DNA of 64,000 bases from Eledone cirrhosa (lineage: Eukaryota): contig OZ024743.1 in the NCBI GenBank assembly GCA_964016885.1, forward strand, positions 92,070,001 to 92,134,000, given 5' to 3'. Position 1 is the first letter of the stretch; every line of letters begins with the position of its first letter. The translations under genes and the position numbers were made by a program. Below the pieces are notes generated by a model. The model was given only the letters and a program-made list of their open reading frames with translations, did no database searches and was not told where the DNA came from. Below, piece after piece: positions 12,581 to 25,296 of the stretch.

Positions 12581-12667
12581 GGGTCTCACCGTTCACTCAG
12601 ATATTCATGTGTACACATAAGAAGAGGGGGGGGGTAGTGAAATGGAATTTTACCTCCGAGTGTTAAT

Positions 12668-13564
12668 TCATTTTTTCGTGTTCAGTAGTGGTTTAAATTT
12701 TTCAATGAAGAATTCTTCTTTATATCTGCGGAAATGTTCGTTACCCTACCATATCTTGAAGAAAGGGAAGATTGTGAATTTTCCCTTCCCGCATGATGCA
12801 AAGTGTGCGCTACATGTGGTATTTCTGACTGTGGGGTCTTTAATTTGTTGTTTATGTACCCGGACTCTATCATGTAATCCCGTTCCGGTTTCCCCAATGT
12901 AATACTCTTTACACTGTGGACATGTTGCGCAATATATTAGGTTTTTCGTTTTGCAGTTCATGTTTGCATTGACCTTGAAATTATCATGGTTTTTGAAGGA
13001 CAACTGTTTGCCCTCTTCGATGAGTTCACAGGTTCCACATCTAGGGTCCCCGCATTTCGTCACTTGCATTGATTCCATGTTGGTCGTAAATTTTGCCTTG
13101 GTAATTAGTTTTTTAAGGTTGGGTGCTTGGCGTCTGCTATAAATTATCTGTGTGTTTTTTAAGAGTGCATTCATTTTGGTAGATTGCTGTAGAAACGGGA
13201 GATACTGCTTAGCAGTTTTCACAATATTGATGTTCCCTGGGTTGTGAGTGATGACAAAAGAGATAGCAGGGTTTTCTTTTTTATGTTGTGGGTTTGGTTT
13301 TCTCAGTGTTGTTATTGGGATGTTCTTAGCCTTGGCTGCGTTGATGAGTTTCATCGGGTATTCTTGTTTTTTAAGGAATTTTTTCAGGTCACATAATCTT
13401 TTTTCTTGTAGTACGGGGTGTGTTGCTACAGTGCATATGCGCCTTGCCATGTTGAAGGGAATGTTCCTTTTCGTATGTGAGGGGTATGCTGACCGGAAAT
13501 TTAAGTATTGGTGTGTGTCAGTGGGTTTGCAAAATAGGTCCGTTATGATATATTCGGTTTGCAA
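12668..13564 (-). pseudogene. Penelope RT thumb/linker + GIY-YIG endonuclease, one frameshift near the C-terminus
   Basis: TDLFCKPTDTHQYL, CGDPRCGTC, NLIYCATCPQCKEYYIGETG..L.DRVRVH; the shifted frame continues EHFRRYKEEFFIEKFKPLLNTKK*. Confidence 0.9.
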
Positions 13565-13589
13565 AATAGGTCCGTTATGATATATTCGG

Positions 13590-14203
13590 TTGTTTACTTA
13601 TACCTCTTAAAAGGGTCTCATTATAATTCCGTCCCACCTAGTAAACCTTTCTTTAGTCTAGCAGTACCAGTGAGAGACTTGATAGCTGTCCTGAGGTTAT
13701 AGTAACCAGAAATTGTTTTTTTACATTTAATTGTTTTTTAACACTCCCGGTTTTTTTCTATATATTTACCCCATATTGTTTTACTTACTGTTTCGACTTC
13801 CTCCCCCCCCCCTAGTATCTTCTTTGACCTCCTGCCCAGCTGTGGTTGGCACTATCAATGCACGACTGGGTTTCATCCACCCCCTATCCCTCTTTCTTCT
13901 ACTGGCAGGTTCAGCTACCCCCTCCCTCCACAAACTGCCATGATAGAATTATTATGTCTCAACAACAAACTTTTGACCAATCCTTGTGACAATCACTTTT
14001 ACCATATATGGAATTACCCCCTGAGAAGCTCGGCTATTCAAATACCAGGATAAAAATTTTCATTTAGTCCAGAATTAGCCGTCGAAACGGCTTGAGCTCA
14101 GCCGCCGGGGTCCTACTCGTTCCTATTACCCACTCTACTACCCTAAGTATTGAGTACTTTGGTGCGTTATGGTCCATCTAGGTTCCTTACCACATTTCCT
14201 TCG

Positions 14204-14205
<2 letters not shown>
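13590..14205 (+). mobile_element. Longer family-A Penelope-like 3' fragment with degenerate hammerhead (14017-14110)
   Basis: cccc-CTGAGAA-gctcggctattc...gaattagccgtc-GAAAC-ggcttgagctcagcc-GCC-gggg, then the same terminus as 1166 and 21639, then (TA)n. The 5' boundary is uncertain. Confidence 0.65.
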
Positions 14206-14298
<93 letters not shown>

Positions 14299-14302
14299 TA
14301 TA

Positions 14303-14540
14303 TTAGAAAGTGAGGGTTTGGGGGGGTTTTTTGGATTTTTTTTACAGAATGAAAAATAACCGAGGTGTCCTACACTAGTGAAAGTATAAAGAAAAAAAGA
14401 TGAAATCGAAAATGCAACTGGAGTCTTATTTTTTTTTAAATATATATATTTATTTGGTTCCTTTACCGGTTTCGCAGTTCTTCAGCTTTTCAAAAGTAGA
14501 GTTGCGATGGAGGGTCTATGGTTTTTCTCACATCTCATAT
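14303..14540 (-). mobile_element. Family-C short repeat with U3-A8 hammerhead-like motif (14461-14496)
   Basis: Minus strand ctt-TTGAAAA-gctgaagaactgc-GAAAC-CG-GTA-aag; homologous to 15929-16010, 21842-22131 and 49556-50105. Confidence 0.65.
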
Positions 14541-14554
14541 ATATATATATGTAC

Positions 14555-15893
14555 CTGGGAAAAGTACAACAGATGCCCTCTTCTTAGTGAGACAGCTACA
14601 AGAGAGGTTCTTAGAGAAGAATAAGCCACTATATTTAGCTTTTGTTGACTATATTTATAAGCCACTATATTTAGCTTTTGTTGACCTTTGATAGAGTACC
14701 CCGATCTGTCATCTAGTGGTCCCTAAGGAAACTAGGTGTAGAAGAATGGCTTGCGAGGACATTGCAAGGTATGTACCGAGGAGCTGTCAGTAAAGTGAGA
14801 GTAGGAATGGAGTTTAGTGAGGAATTCCAGATACAAGTAGGAGTTCGTCAAGGTTCGGTCCTCAGTCCACTCTTATTCATTATAGTTCTCCAAGCCATAA
14901 CAGAAGAGTTTAAGACTGTCTTCCCATGGGAACTTCTCCATGCTGACGATCTGGTACTTATAGCAGAATCTGTAGAGGAGCTAGCGAATAAATTCTGGCT
15001 ATAGAAACAGCAGTTGAAATCAAGGGGACTGAGGGTGAACCTAGCTAAGACAAAAGTGTTGATAAATAAGAAAGAGGATAAAACTCTGATTCCATCAGGA
15101 AAATTGCCATGTTCTGTATATAGAAAAGAAGTTGACATAAACTCTATAGAATGTACACTATGCAGATTTTGGATACACAATAGGTGTAGTGGGATAGCAG
15201 CCAAACTAACAGGAAAGGAAAACTTCATATGTGGTAGATGTTCAGGGAAATTTGATAGTAGAAGTGTCAGTAAAGGGCACATTTTTCAAATGCAGGTAGG
15301 AGTTATAGACGGTTGGTAGATTCCGATACCTTGGTGATCAGATTAGCATGGGAGGAGGATGCTCCACAGTATCTGGAATAATGACTGGATGGAAGAAGTT
15401 TAGGGAGCTACTTCCTCTGTCGACAACGAAGGGTTTCTCCCTACGAACGAAAGGTCGGTTATCTGATGTTTGTGTGAGGAGCGCGATGCTGCATGGTAGT
15501 GAGACATGAGCAGCAACTGCAGAGGATATGCGATGGCTGGGGAGAAATGAAGCAAGCATGCTCCGATGGATGTGCAATGTCAATGTGCATGAACGACCAA
15601 GCATAGACGAGTTGAGAGTGAAACTGTGTATAAGAGGGATAAACTGTAGTGTTCAGGAGAGAAGACTGAGATGGTATGGACATGTGATGCGCATGGTGGA
15701 TGACCGTTGGGTAAAGAAGTGCCAAGAAATCCCAGAAGAAGGAAGACACAGTAGAGGTAGACTACGAAAAACATGGGCAGAGGTGGTGAAAGCTGACCTC
15801 AGATCGCTGAAGTTCACAGACGAGATGACGAGGCACCGTGACGAATGGAGATATGCTGTGCAACCCTTGCAAGCAGGGAAAAGCGGACGTAAA

Positions 15894-15927
<34 letters not shown>
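14555..15927 (+). pseudogene. 5'-truncated RTE-like LINE with PHD-like finger; (TGA)n tail
   Basis: GVRQGSVLSPLLF, LLHADDLVL, GLRVNLAKTKVL, C..Y..SIECTLCRFWIHNRCSG..FICGRC, RRLRWYGHVMRM, RGRLRKTW, RDEWR. Confidence 0.9.
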
Positions 15928-15928
<1 letters not shown>

Positions 15929-16006
15929 AAGGAAAAGAAATCGAAAATGCAACTGGATACTTTTAACAAAATTTTTTAAGAATATTTATTTATTTATTTA
16001 CTTTCT

Positions 16007-16525
<519 letters not shown>

Positions 16526-16614
16526 TGTTAGTTCCACAACAAATTAGCAAACCATACTCGAGGACGCGCTTCACCCAAAGGATTCTCAACTCCCAGTTTT
16601 TTACCACTATATAC

Positions 16615-16708
<94 letters not shown>

Positions 16709-16716
16709 GTTTGTAC

Positions 16717-19700
16717 GTGTCTTACTCTTAGTCTTAGATTCTTCCGCACCGTTCGGCACATCGAGCAGTAAGTACTCGCCAACGGTCACGATCAGCGACA
16801 ACTTTTTCGAGACTGTGCCAGGTGATGTTGGCTGCCATCGGGTCCTTCCGGAACGTTCGTCACCAGGTGATCCCTGGGCAACCCCGCCTCCGTTTACCGC
16901 CAGGCGGAGTCCAGTTCATCGCTGTTTTCGAATGCCGTTCATTTGGCAGACACATATATGGCCAGCCAGACGGCACCGACGCTCCATGACCACTCTTTGT
17001 AGGGTCCACGACTCGGCTCTCCGCAGGATCTCCTCGTTTCGCACTCAGTTGCGCCAGGACACACGAAGGATCTTTCGCAGGAACCACTGGTGGAAAGCGT
17101 TCAGCCGTCTCTCTATTTTTGCTATACTCTTCCAGGTCTCGCTCGCATAAAGCACTGTCGGCAGCACGATGCCCTTGTACAGGCGGAGCTTGCTCTTGGT
17201 GCTAATGCATGAAGACGACCAGACTGGGCACAGCTGCTGGAAAACTGCGGCTCCTTTGCCTATCCGACAGTTGATGTCGAGCTCCGCGTCGCCGCTGCCT
17301 GTCAGGATGCTGTCCAGGTAGGTGAAGTGATCGACTTCCTCGAGGTCCTGTTGGTTGACTCTGATCACTGGACCTGTGTTGCTGGCCGTTCTCATGACCT
17401 TGGTCTTTTTGGCGTTGATTCTCAGGCCGATCTTTTCCGCACTTTCTTGTAGGGATGTTGTTAGGGCCTGCAGATCTGCACTGTTTTCAGCAATCAAAGC
17501 GATGTCGTCGGCGAATGCCAGGTCCCTCAGCCTCGACTGCCTTCTCCGTGGGATTCCTCGACCGGGTCCTTCATCCATTCGCCTTAGTACGAAATCGGCT
17601 GCCAGCAGGAACAACAGTGGAGAGAGAATGCAACCCTGTCTGACTCCGGAGACAATGTCAAAGAACTCCGTCACATCGGACTCAGTCCGCACGCAGCAGC
17701 TGGAGTTTTCATACAGGGCCTTGAAAATGGCGATGAATCTTGCAGGAATGCCGTACAGTTGCGCAACATTCCACAGCGACTCCCAGTGTACACTGTCGAA
17801 TGCCTTCTGGAAATCAATAAAATTGACCGCTAAAGGCTGTTGTAGCTCAACGCATTGTTCGAGAATTTTGCGTAGTGTAAAGATCTGTTCCGTGCAAGAT
17901 CGATTTTTTCGGAAGCCGGTTTGTTCCTCCCGGAGCACAGAGTCGATGGCCTGCCGGAGTCGACGCAGCAGCACAGTGCAGAACGCCTTGCCTGGGACTG
18001 ACAGCAATGTGATACCACGCCAGTTGTTGCAGTCTACCAGGTTTCCCTTCTTCGGCAGTTTGACGATGACACCGCGCTCCCACTCAAGGGGAACCCGACC
18101 AACCCTCCAGCAGTGGTTCATCAAGTCTGTCAACGCCGTTATCGTGCTCTCCTCACCGAATTTGAGCAGCTCAGCAGAGATCTCATCCAGTCCGCCTGCT
18201 TTGCCGTTCCTCAAGTGGCTAATCGCATCTCTCGTCACTTGCTTGGTGATATGGTCCTCCAGACTTTGAGTACCTCAGTGGTTGCTGGAGTCTCCGCGGT
18301 CAAGTCTATCAGGGCGACCGGATTTTGGTTGGTTAAGCCTCTCCCAGAAGTGCTCCATCCATCTCTGCTCCTGTTCCGCTCCAATGGTCAACGTCTTGTC
18401 ATTTTTGTCCTTCACTAACATGCTGGCACCGCTCGAAATTCCTGTCAACTCCCTCACGATGCGGAACAGTGCTTTTGTGTCGTTTCGACCAGCAGCTTCC
18501 TCTGCCTCAGCACCCTTTTTCTCCAGCCAGTCACGTTTATCCCGCCGGCAGCTTCGCTTTACCAGTCAGTTGATTTGGCGGTATACGGCATCTCTTTTCT
18601 TTTGGTCTTCCTCCGATCTGGCAGAATCTCGCTCGACTTTTGCCTTTTTTCGTCTGTAAATCAGGTCCCACGTTGGTTCTTGGATCCATTTTTCCCTTCT
18701 CGTTCCTCGTCTTCGGCCAATAGTTTCTTGTGCTGCCTCAGTCACCGCTGTCGTGAACATCGTCCATTGATCTTCCAGATCTGCAGCCTCTCTCAACTGC
18801 TGGAATCGGTTGTGTAGCGCCAGTTGGTACAGTCGCGCTTGACCGGGATACTTCAGCTTCTCCACTGCATGTCCGTTTCTTCAGGCGCAGTTGAAGTTCC
18901 GCACATAGTAGGTGGTGGTCTGAGTCCACGTCCGCACCTTGGTCCACTCTGACGTCACGTACCGAGGACCGCCAGCGCTGGTTGATGCAGATGTAGTCGA
19001 TCTCGTTTCGGCTTTTCTGGTCCGGAGACTTCCAAGTAGCGTTGTGAATCGCCTTGTGTTTGAAATAGGTGTTGCTAATGCACAGCTGCAGTCTCTTGCA
19101 GTTGTCCGTGGTGACCGCAGCAGAACCGAATGGCTCAGTAACCTGTTCCAGTCTCTGTCTGTTGCAGCCAATCTGAGCGTTGAAATCATCGATCAGTAGT
19201 TTGATGTCATGGTTGGGCAAGTTATTAAATGTGTCCTGCAGCTGTTTGTAGAAGGCATCCTTGTCGATGTCGGTTGCGTCATCAATCGGTGCGTAGCTCT
19301 GAACAACAGTGATTTTCGCATGCCCACTTTGAAAACGGGAGGTTATGATGCGCTCGCTGACTGGCTCCCATCCAAATCAATGCTCGAGTTGCTCGGGCGC
19401 TAAGCACAAGTCTAAAGCCATGAACGTGCTTGTCTTGGTGTCCAGAGTAGAGCAGAGTTGTGTCTCCACTGTCACTCATCTTTCCGCTGCCGGTCCAGAG
19501 CATTTCACTCACGCCCAGAATGTCCAGCTGGTAGTGGTCGAACTCGCGAAGTAGCTGAGCCAGCTTTCCTGCCTGGTGTAGTGTACGCACGTTCCAAGTT
19601 CCAATTCGCATCTTTGTTTTGGTGCTCAGAATCCGGCTCATTGGAACCCCCACGTCCTTTCGGCTTTGGTGAGGTCCGTCTAGTGTGGAGTGTTTCCCAC

Positions 19701-19905
19701 GCCTTCAGCTTTACGCCGATCATTTTTTCTTTTTTTTGGCTTTTCTTGGTGTTTCTTTAGCGGTTAGAATGTTTACAACAGTGCCGGATTGCTAACCCGA
19801 CGCCTTCCGCCTGTATTTGCCGATTCTTTGCCCACTGAGATTAATGGTTGGCACCCCTTCGCCACGATGAGGCGTTCGGCGAGACCAGGGGACTCCTCAG
19901 GGGAT
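16717..19905 (-). pseudogene. Near full-length RTE-clade LINE (AP endonuclease + RT), multiple frameshifts
   Basis: MRIGTWNVRTL, LDILGVSEM, DFNAQIG, NEIDYI, DSDHHL, NWRGITLLS, FIDFQKAFDSV, GVRQGCILSPLLF, LAFADDIAL; short repeat tail (taagac/taagag). Confidence 0.95.
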
Positions 19906-20065
19906 TTGTACGTGTATGTGTTTGCTTATATATCTATGTGTTTGTGTTTGTGTGTGTGTGTTTGTATTTGTATGTGTGCATACATGCATGTGTGTATGGA
20001 TGTATGCATGTATGTATATATGTATACACGTGACCGTATCTGTGTTTGCGTTTAGTTTTTGTTTA

Positions 20066-20232
20066 TGCCCCGTAACTTAGCGGTTCGTCAAAATAAATAC
20101 GAGAGCGATAAAATAAATACCAAACTTGAAAATATAAGTAAATAAGTACTTGGGAGCCTAAATGAAGGATTAATTCCCTTCAAAGCGCTGCACCAGCTTG
20201 GCCGTTGTCTAATGGCTGACACCAATAAACGG
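20066..20232 (+). mobile_element. SINE 3' portion, diverged
   Basis: cgtaacttagcggttcg...cccttcaaagcgctgcaccagcttggccg; related tail at 53100-53140. Confidence 0.55.
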
Positions 20233-20883
20233 TTTTTAAAAAGTGAATATACAAAATGTCAACGGCCAGCTAAACAAACAAACAAAAAGTAAAACTGAAA
20301 AAAATGAAGAGTGAACTAAGCTGCGGTACTTTTAGTTGTGTGTTGAGGGCTGTCAAGATTGTGTATAAGAGATTTATTTTAATTATAAATGACCTTCAAT
20401 AACTGAAAATTGAAGAGGTAGACTAGTGCAAGAGAGAGTAGAAGGAGGAAAGAAAGAGAAGGGATTTATTAGAAATATTATAGAAAGAAAGATAGAAGCA
20501 AAGTAAAAAGTAATATTGTATAAAGAAAGATAATTATAGCTGTGTCTATGTGAGGTGTATATACATGAGTGTGTATATACATGTATACATGTATGTATAC
20601 ATGTATACATGTATGTATACATAAATACATGCATATATGTATAATATGTATATATATATATGTGTACGTGTATGTTTTCCAGTATAAAGATATATTTCAA
20701 ATATTGTCTTGAGAAAAACACAAACTGTAATTGTGAGTTGGTTTACAACTGAGAATGCGATACTGTGTTATTGTGAGAGAGAGAGGGGGAGGGAGAAAGA
20801 GGGGGAAGGGTTAAACTAATATTCTCGAATTTTAGAGTAATTTTGTTTTTCTATCTCTCCGCTCTCTCTCTTTCTCTCTTTCC

Positions 20884-20922
<39 letters not shown>

Positions 20923-20937
20923 TAGTATGTGTTGGTT

Positions 20938-21001
<64 letters not shown>

Positions 21002-21058
21002 CGTTTCTGAATTTGTTTAGCAACAAGATTCTTTATCTGAAAACGTGTGTTGAAACCG

Positions 21059-21506
21059 ATATTGTTATGCTTTGGGAGAGTCATGTTGCCAATAAGAAAC
21101 ACACGCACCAATTGCTTTCACTCCAATTTATTATAAATTAAATTTATAAATTTAAGAATTTATAAATTTCCGGTTCGTTGGTTGGTTCCACAACCGGACG
21201 GTTGTTCATATATTGTCAAAGTTCTTTCGTCACATATTCTGTGACCTCTTCAGTGACTGGGGATTCTTTTCTTTGTTTTTGCGCCTCTCCTTTGTTCTAT
21301 CCTACGCCAACTTCACTGAAGAGGTCACAGAGTGTGTGACGAAAGAACTTTGACAATATATGAACAACCGTCCGGTTGTGGAACCAACCAACCAACCAAC
21401 CGGAAATTTATAAATTCTTAAATTTATAAATTTAATTTATAATAAATTGGAGTGAAATCAACTGGTGCGTGTGTTTCTTATTGGCAACATGACTCTCCCA
21501 AAGCAT

Positions 21507-21514
<8 letters not shown>
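21059..21514. mobile_element. Family-B fold-back element, ~200-bp inverted arms, 56-bp spacer
   Basis: 21059-21256 is the reverse complement of 21313-21514 with few mismatches; each arm starts with a hammerhead motif; embedded in (TA)n. Confidence 0.85.
21313..21353 (+). ncRNA. Type I hammerhead ribozyme motif (mirror copy at 21216-21256, minus strand)
   Basis: tca-CTGAAGA-g-GTCAC-agagtgt-GTGAC-GAAAG-aa-CTT-tga. Confidence 0.7.
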
Positions 21515-21581
<67 letters not shown>

Positions 21582-21593
21582 TAAAACGAAGTC

Positions 21594-21638
<45 letters not shown>

Positions 21639-21640
<2 letters not shown>

Positions 21641-21831
21641 CAAAGGAAGTGTGGTAAGGAACCAGGTGGACCATAACGCACCAGAGTACTCAATACTTAG
21701 GGTAGTAGAGTGTGAAATAGGAAAATGTTCAAGACCACGACGGCAGAGCTCAAGCCGTTTCGGCGGCTATTTCTGAAATAGCCGTCGAAACGGCTTGAGC
21801 TCTGCCGTCGGGGTCTTGAACATTTTCCTAT
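21639..21831 (-). mobile_element. Family-A terminal fragment with 57-bp-arm palindrome
   Basis: Palindrome 21717-21831 centred at 21774 with 2 mismatches; (TA)n flanks. Confidence 0.8.
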
Positions 21832-21841
21832 ATATATATAT

Positions 21842-22127
21842 GAGGGTATTTTTTTAAATTAAAAAGAAACGAGATGTCCTACACGAGTGAAAGTATAAGG
21901 AAAAAAGATGAAATCGAAAAAGCAACTGGAGACTTTTTAAGAATATTTATTTGTTTCCTTTACCGGTTTCACAGTTCTTTAGCTTTTCAAAAGTAGAATT
22001 GAGATGGAGGGTTTGTGGTTTTTCTCGCATCCGCGAGAAAAGCATAAGAACTGTGAAAAAACCGGTAAAGGAAACAAATAAATATTATTAAAAAGACTCC
22101 AGTTGCATTTTCGATTTCATCTTTTTT

Positions 22128-22131
<4 letters not shown>
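21842..22131. mobile_element. Family-C fold-back element
   Basis: About 21895-21985 is inverted at about 22037-22131; U3-A8 hammerhead-like motif at 21958-21993 (minus). Confidence 0.75.
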
Positions 22132-22179
<48 letters not shown>

Positions 22180-22411
22180 GGTTTTACTAACTGAAACATT
22201 GGCTTAATTGACAATCCATTTAAAAGTAGAGATTACTAACACTAAAACTCCTTAAGGCACTGTCACAGTGAAAACATCACATTGCGCCCGAAGTACGAAC
22301 AACAGAGACTGAATAAGGATGGACATACTCACAGCACACAGTTCATCATGGGTAGACTCACATTCCGTAACAGTTTCAAGTGTTGCAATCGTAAAACAAG
22401 GAATGACATAT

Positions 22412-22550
22412 AATCATCAGGGCCTTCCTGATGATTTCTCACGAATGAAACAGGTTTAGTCCTGTAGAAGCCATTTCTATATTTATACTCTGCTATGTAT
22501 TGAGTACCTTACTTATTGTGGTTACGCCCGATTCAACCCGGGATAAACTT
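22412..22550 (+). mobile_element. Short element with hammerhead-like core; related fragment at 30630-30720 (minus)
   Basis: CTGATGA-tttc-tcac-gaat-GAAAC-ag-GTT at 22428, preceded by the inverted copy aatcatcagg. Confidence 0.55.
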
Positions 22551-22569
22551 ATATATATATATATATATA

Positions 22570-22863
22570 TAGTGAAATAAGATAACAAGGACGATTGGTT
22601 ACTCCGTCATTACGTTTATTGGTTGGTGACGCGCGTTTCGCCACTGATCAGCTCAAGGTTCGATCTGTATCGATCTGACCCGACTCTGTAATCCGCGGCT
22701 CGTCAGACCCCTTGTAATGTTACAATGTGACGAGCCGCGGATTACAGAGTCGGGTCAGATCAATACAGGTCGAACCTTGAGCTGATCAGTGGCGAAACGC
22801 GCGTCACCAACCAATAAACGTAATGAAGGAGTAACCAATCGTCCTTGTTATCTTATTTCACTA
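22570..22863. mobile_element. Family-D palindromic element, ~135-bp arms
   Basis: The whole element is an inverted repeat around a ~22-bp spacer, between (TA)n tracts. Confidence 0.85.
22625..22709 (-). ncRNA. Type I hammerhead ribozyme motif with extended stem II
   Basis: ggt-CTGACGA-GCCGC...GTGGC-GAAAC-GCGC-GTC-acc, followed by AATAAA. Confidence 0.85.
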
Positions 22864-22888
22864 TATATATATATATATATATATATAG

Positions 22889-23400
22889 CCTCCGGATTCC
22901 TCTCCCCCACCCCTCTATCCACACACGCACACACACTCCGACCTACACCCCACCCCACACACACCTCTTCCTGAACATGCAACCCCGTTCTTCCCCCAAC
23001 CCTTGCTTTCACATACACACACACACACGTACACCTACACACACACACCACCTTCAGCCCTCCCCGCTCGGACACCCCGTCTCCCTCTCCCCACTCCACC
23101 CGCCACCACCCCTACACGCCCCACACCCTTCCACCACCTGCTTTACCCCATTTTAATTTTATTTTGATCATGCTTTTATTTTTTAATTTCATTCGCACCG
23201 TTTCCTCCCACCCCCTTTTCGCTATACGTCTCTCCACCACTCCCCTACACACCCTTTCAACTCTCTTCCCACACACTTTTCACCTGAAGAAGGGCTTATG
23301 CCCGAAACGTCGTTCCCCACCACCACCCCACTCTCAAGAGCGTGAAATTAATAAACATTCGTTGTACTGCCTCTCTGTTTTGTTCCTGTTCAAATTTTCC

Positions 23401-23403
<3 letters not shown>
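22889..23403 (+). mobile_element. Penelope-like 3' terminal repeat fragment
   Basis: C-rich tract, minimal hammerhead at 23281, AATAAA at ~23350, (TA)n on both sides. Confidence 0.65.
23281..23313 (+). ncRNA. Minimal type I hammerhead motif
   Basis: CTGAAGA-a-GGGC-ttat-GCCC-GAAAC-GTC; stem I is only 2 bp. Confidence 0.75.
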
Positions 23404-23470
<67 letters not shown>

Positions 23471-23759
23471 CTTGTGTGTACAGAAGCTTCAACGAAATGT
23501 TTGTTTTAAGTGAAGGAATACATCCACTCCATTCCGAGTATGTATAAGTGCATGAGCAAATGTAATACCTATATCAATACGGATGTTAATAGAGCTGTTA
23601 TGTGTGTGACTATATGGCGTGGGTGTGTTTGTGTGTATCTAAGTTAATATAACCGTATGGCTGTATGTCTGCATGTCTATATACGTATATATCTGTATAT
23701 ACGCATTCATGTATGTATGCATATGTGTATGCCTGCGTGTGTGTATTAATGCAATAATC

Positions 23760-24332
23760 CCTGTATGTATATATGTGCGTACGTATATAATGTATGTATG
23801 TATGTATGTATGTACGTATGTATGTATTTATGTATGTACGTATGTATGTATTTATGTATGCATGTATGTGCGTACGTATATAATGTATGTATGTATGTAT
23901 GTATGTATGTATGTATGTATGTATGTATGTATGTACGTATGTATGTATGTATGCATGTATGTGCGTATGTATGTACGTATGTATGTATGTATGTGCGTAT
24001 GTATGTATGTATGTATATATGTATGTGTATGTACACGCATGCGCTTGCATTCTTTGTTCTTTAAGCAAAATTCAATACAACAGTTGTCATGGTTGCGGAC
24101 AGTATAAAGGAGGAGGGGGAAAACACGGGATAAATCGATCTCTAAATCTTTCGATCAATAGAGCATGAAGGTAGAGCTCATGATTTCAATTGATTTGATG
24201 GCTTTTCTTCCACCACTAACATCACCCCCCCCCCCACCCACCCACCCCATCATTCTCTCTCTCACACATACACACACACACATACACACACAAATCACCT
24301 CATTTTCTTCCTTCCTCTCTTTCCTCCTCACT

Positions 24333-24382
<50 letters not shown>

Positions 24383-24642
24383 CTCTCAGTTTCTCTCTCT
24401 CTCTCTGTCTCGTTTTCATTTATCTCTTGTTCTGACTCTCGCTTTCCATTCTCTTTTGCTTTCTCTCACTATCTCCCTCTCTCTATATACATATATGTAT
24501 ATATATTTCTATGTATATATATATGTGTGCGTGTGTGTGCGTGTGTGCGTGTGTGTGTGTGTGTGTATGTGTGTGTGCGCGCGTGTGTGTGTGTGTGCGT
24601 GTGTGTGCGTGTGTGTGTGCGTGCGTGTGTGTGTGTGTGTCT

Positions 24643-24700
<58 letters not shown>

Positions 24701-24763
24701 GTGTGTGCGTGTGTGTGTGCGTGTGTGTGTGCGTGTGTGTGTGTGTGTGTGCGTGTGTGTGTG

Positions 24764-24804
<41 letters not shown>

Positions 24805-24839
24805 GTGTGTGCGTGTGTGTGTGTATGTGTGCGTGTGTG

Positions 24840-24908
<69 letters not shown>

Positions 24909-24943
24909 GGGTGTGTGTGTGTGTATGTGTGCGTGCGTGTGTG

Positions 24944-24975
<32 letters not shown>

Positions 24976-25017
24976 GTTGCGTGTGTGCGTGTGTGCGTGT
25001 GTGTGTGTGTGTGTGTG

Positions 25018-25068
<51 letters not shown>

Positions 25069-25100
25069 ATGTGTGTGTGTACATATATATACATATATAT
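23760..25100. repeat. (TATG)n, (CT)n and (GT)n microsatellite blocks
   Basis: Direct inspection. Confidence 0.95.
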
Positions 25101-25296
25101 ATAATCTTTACATAGACACCGTCCACAGCTTCCCACATCACCATTATCACTGCTGCCAAATGAATCAGGAAGTAAGATGTCGTCACTCATGACTTGAACC
25201 ATCAAAATATCGACGACGACAACAACAACAACAACAACAACAGTGATATCAACACCAAAAACTACAACAGCAATACCCGTAACAACAGCAGCACTA

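Larger units (their letters stand above)
11527..13590 (-). mobile_element. 5'-truncated Penelope-like element (ORF end, microsatellite-laden 3' region, putative pLTR)
   Basis: GIY-YIG ORF, downstream hammerhead-like motif at 11756-11790, ends at (TA)n; 32-bp tandem duplication at the 5' junction (13527-13590). Confidence 0.75.
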
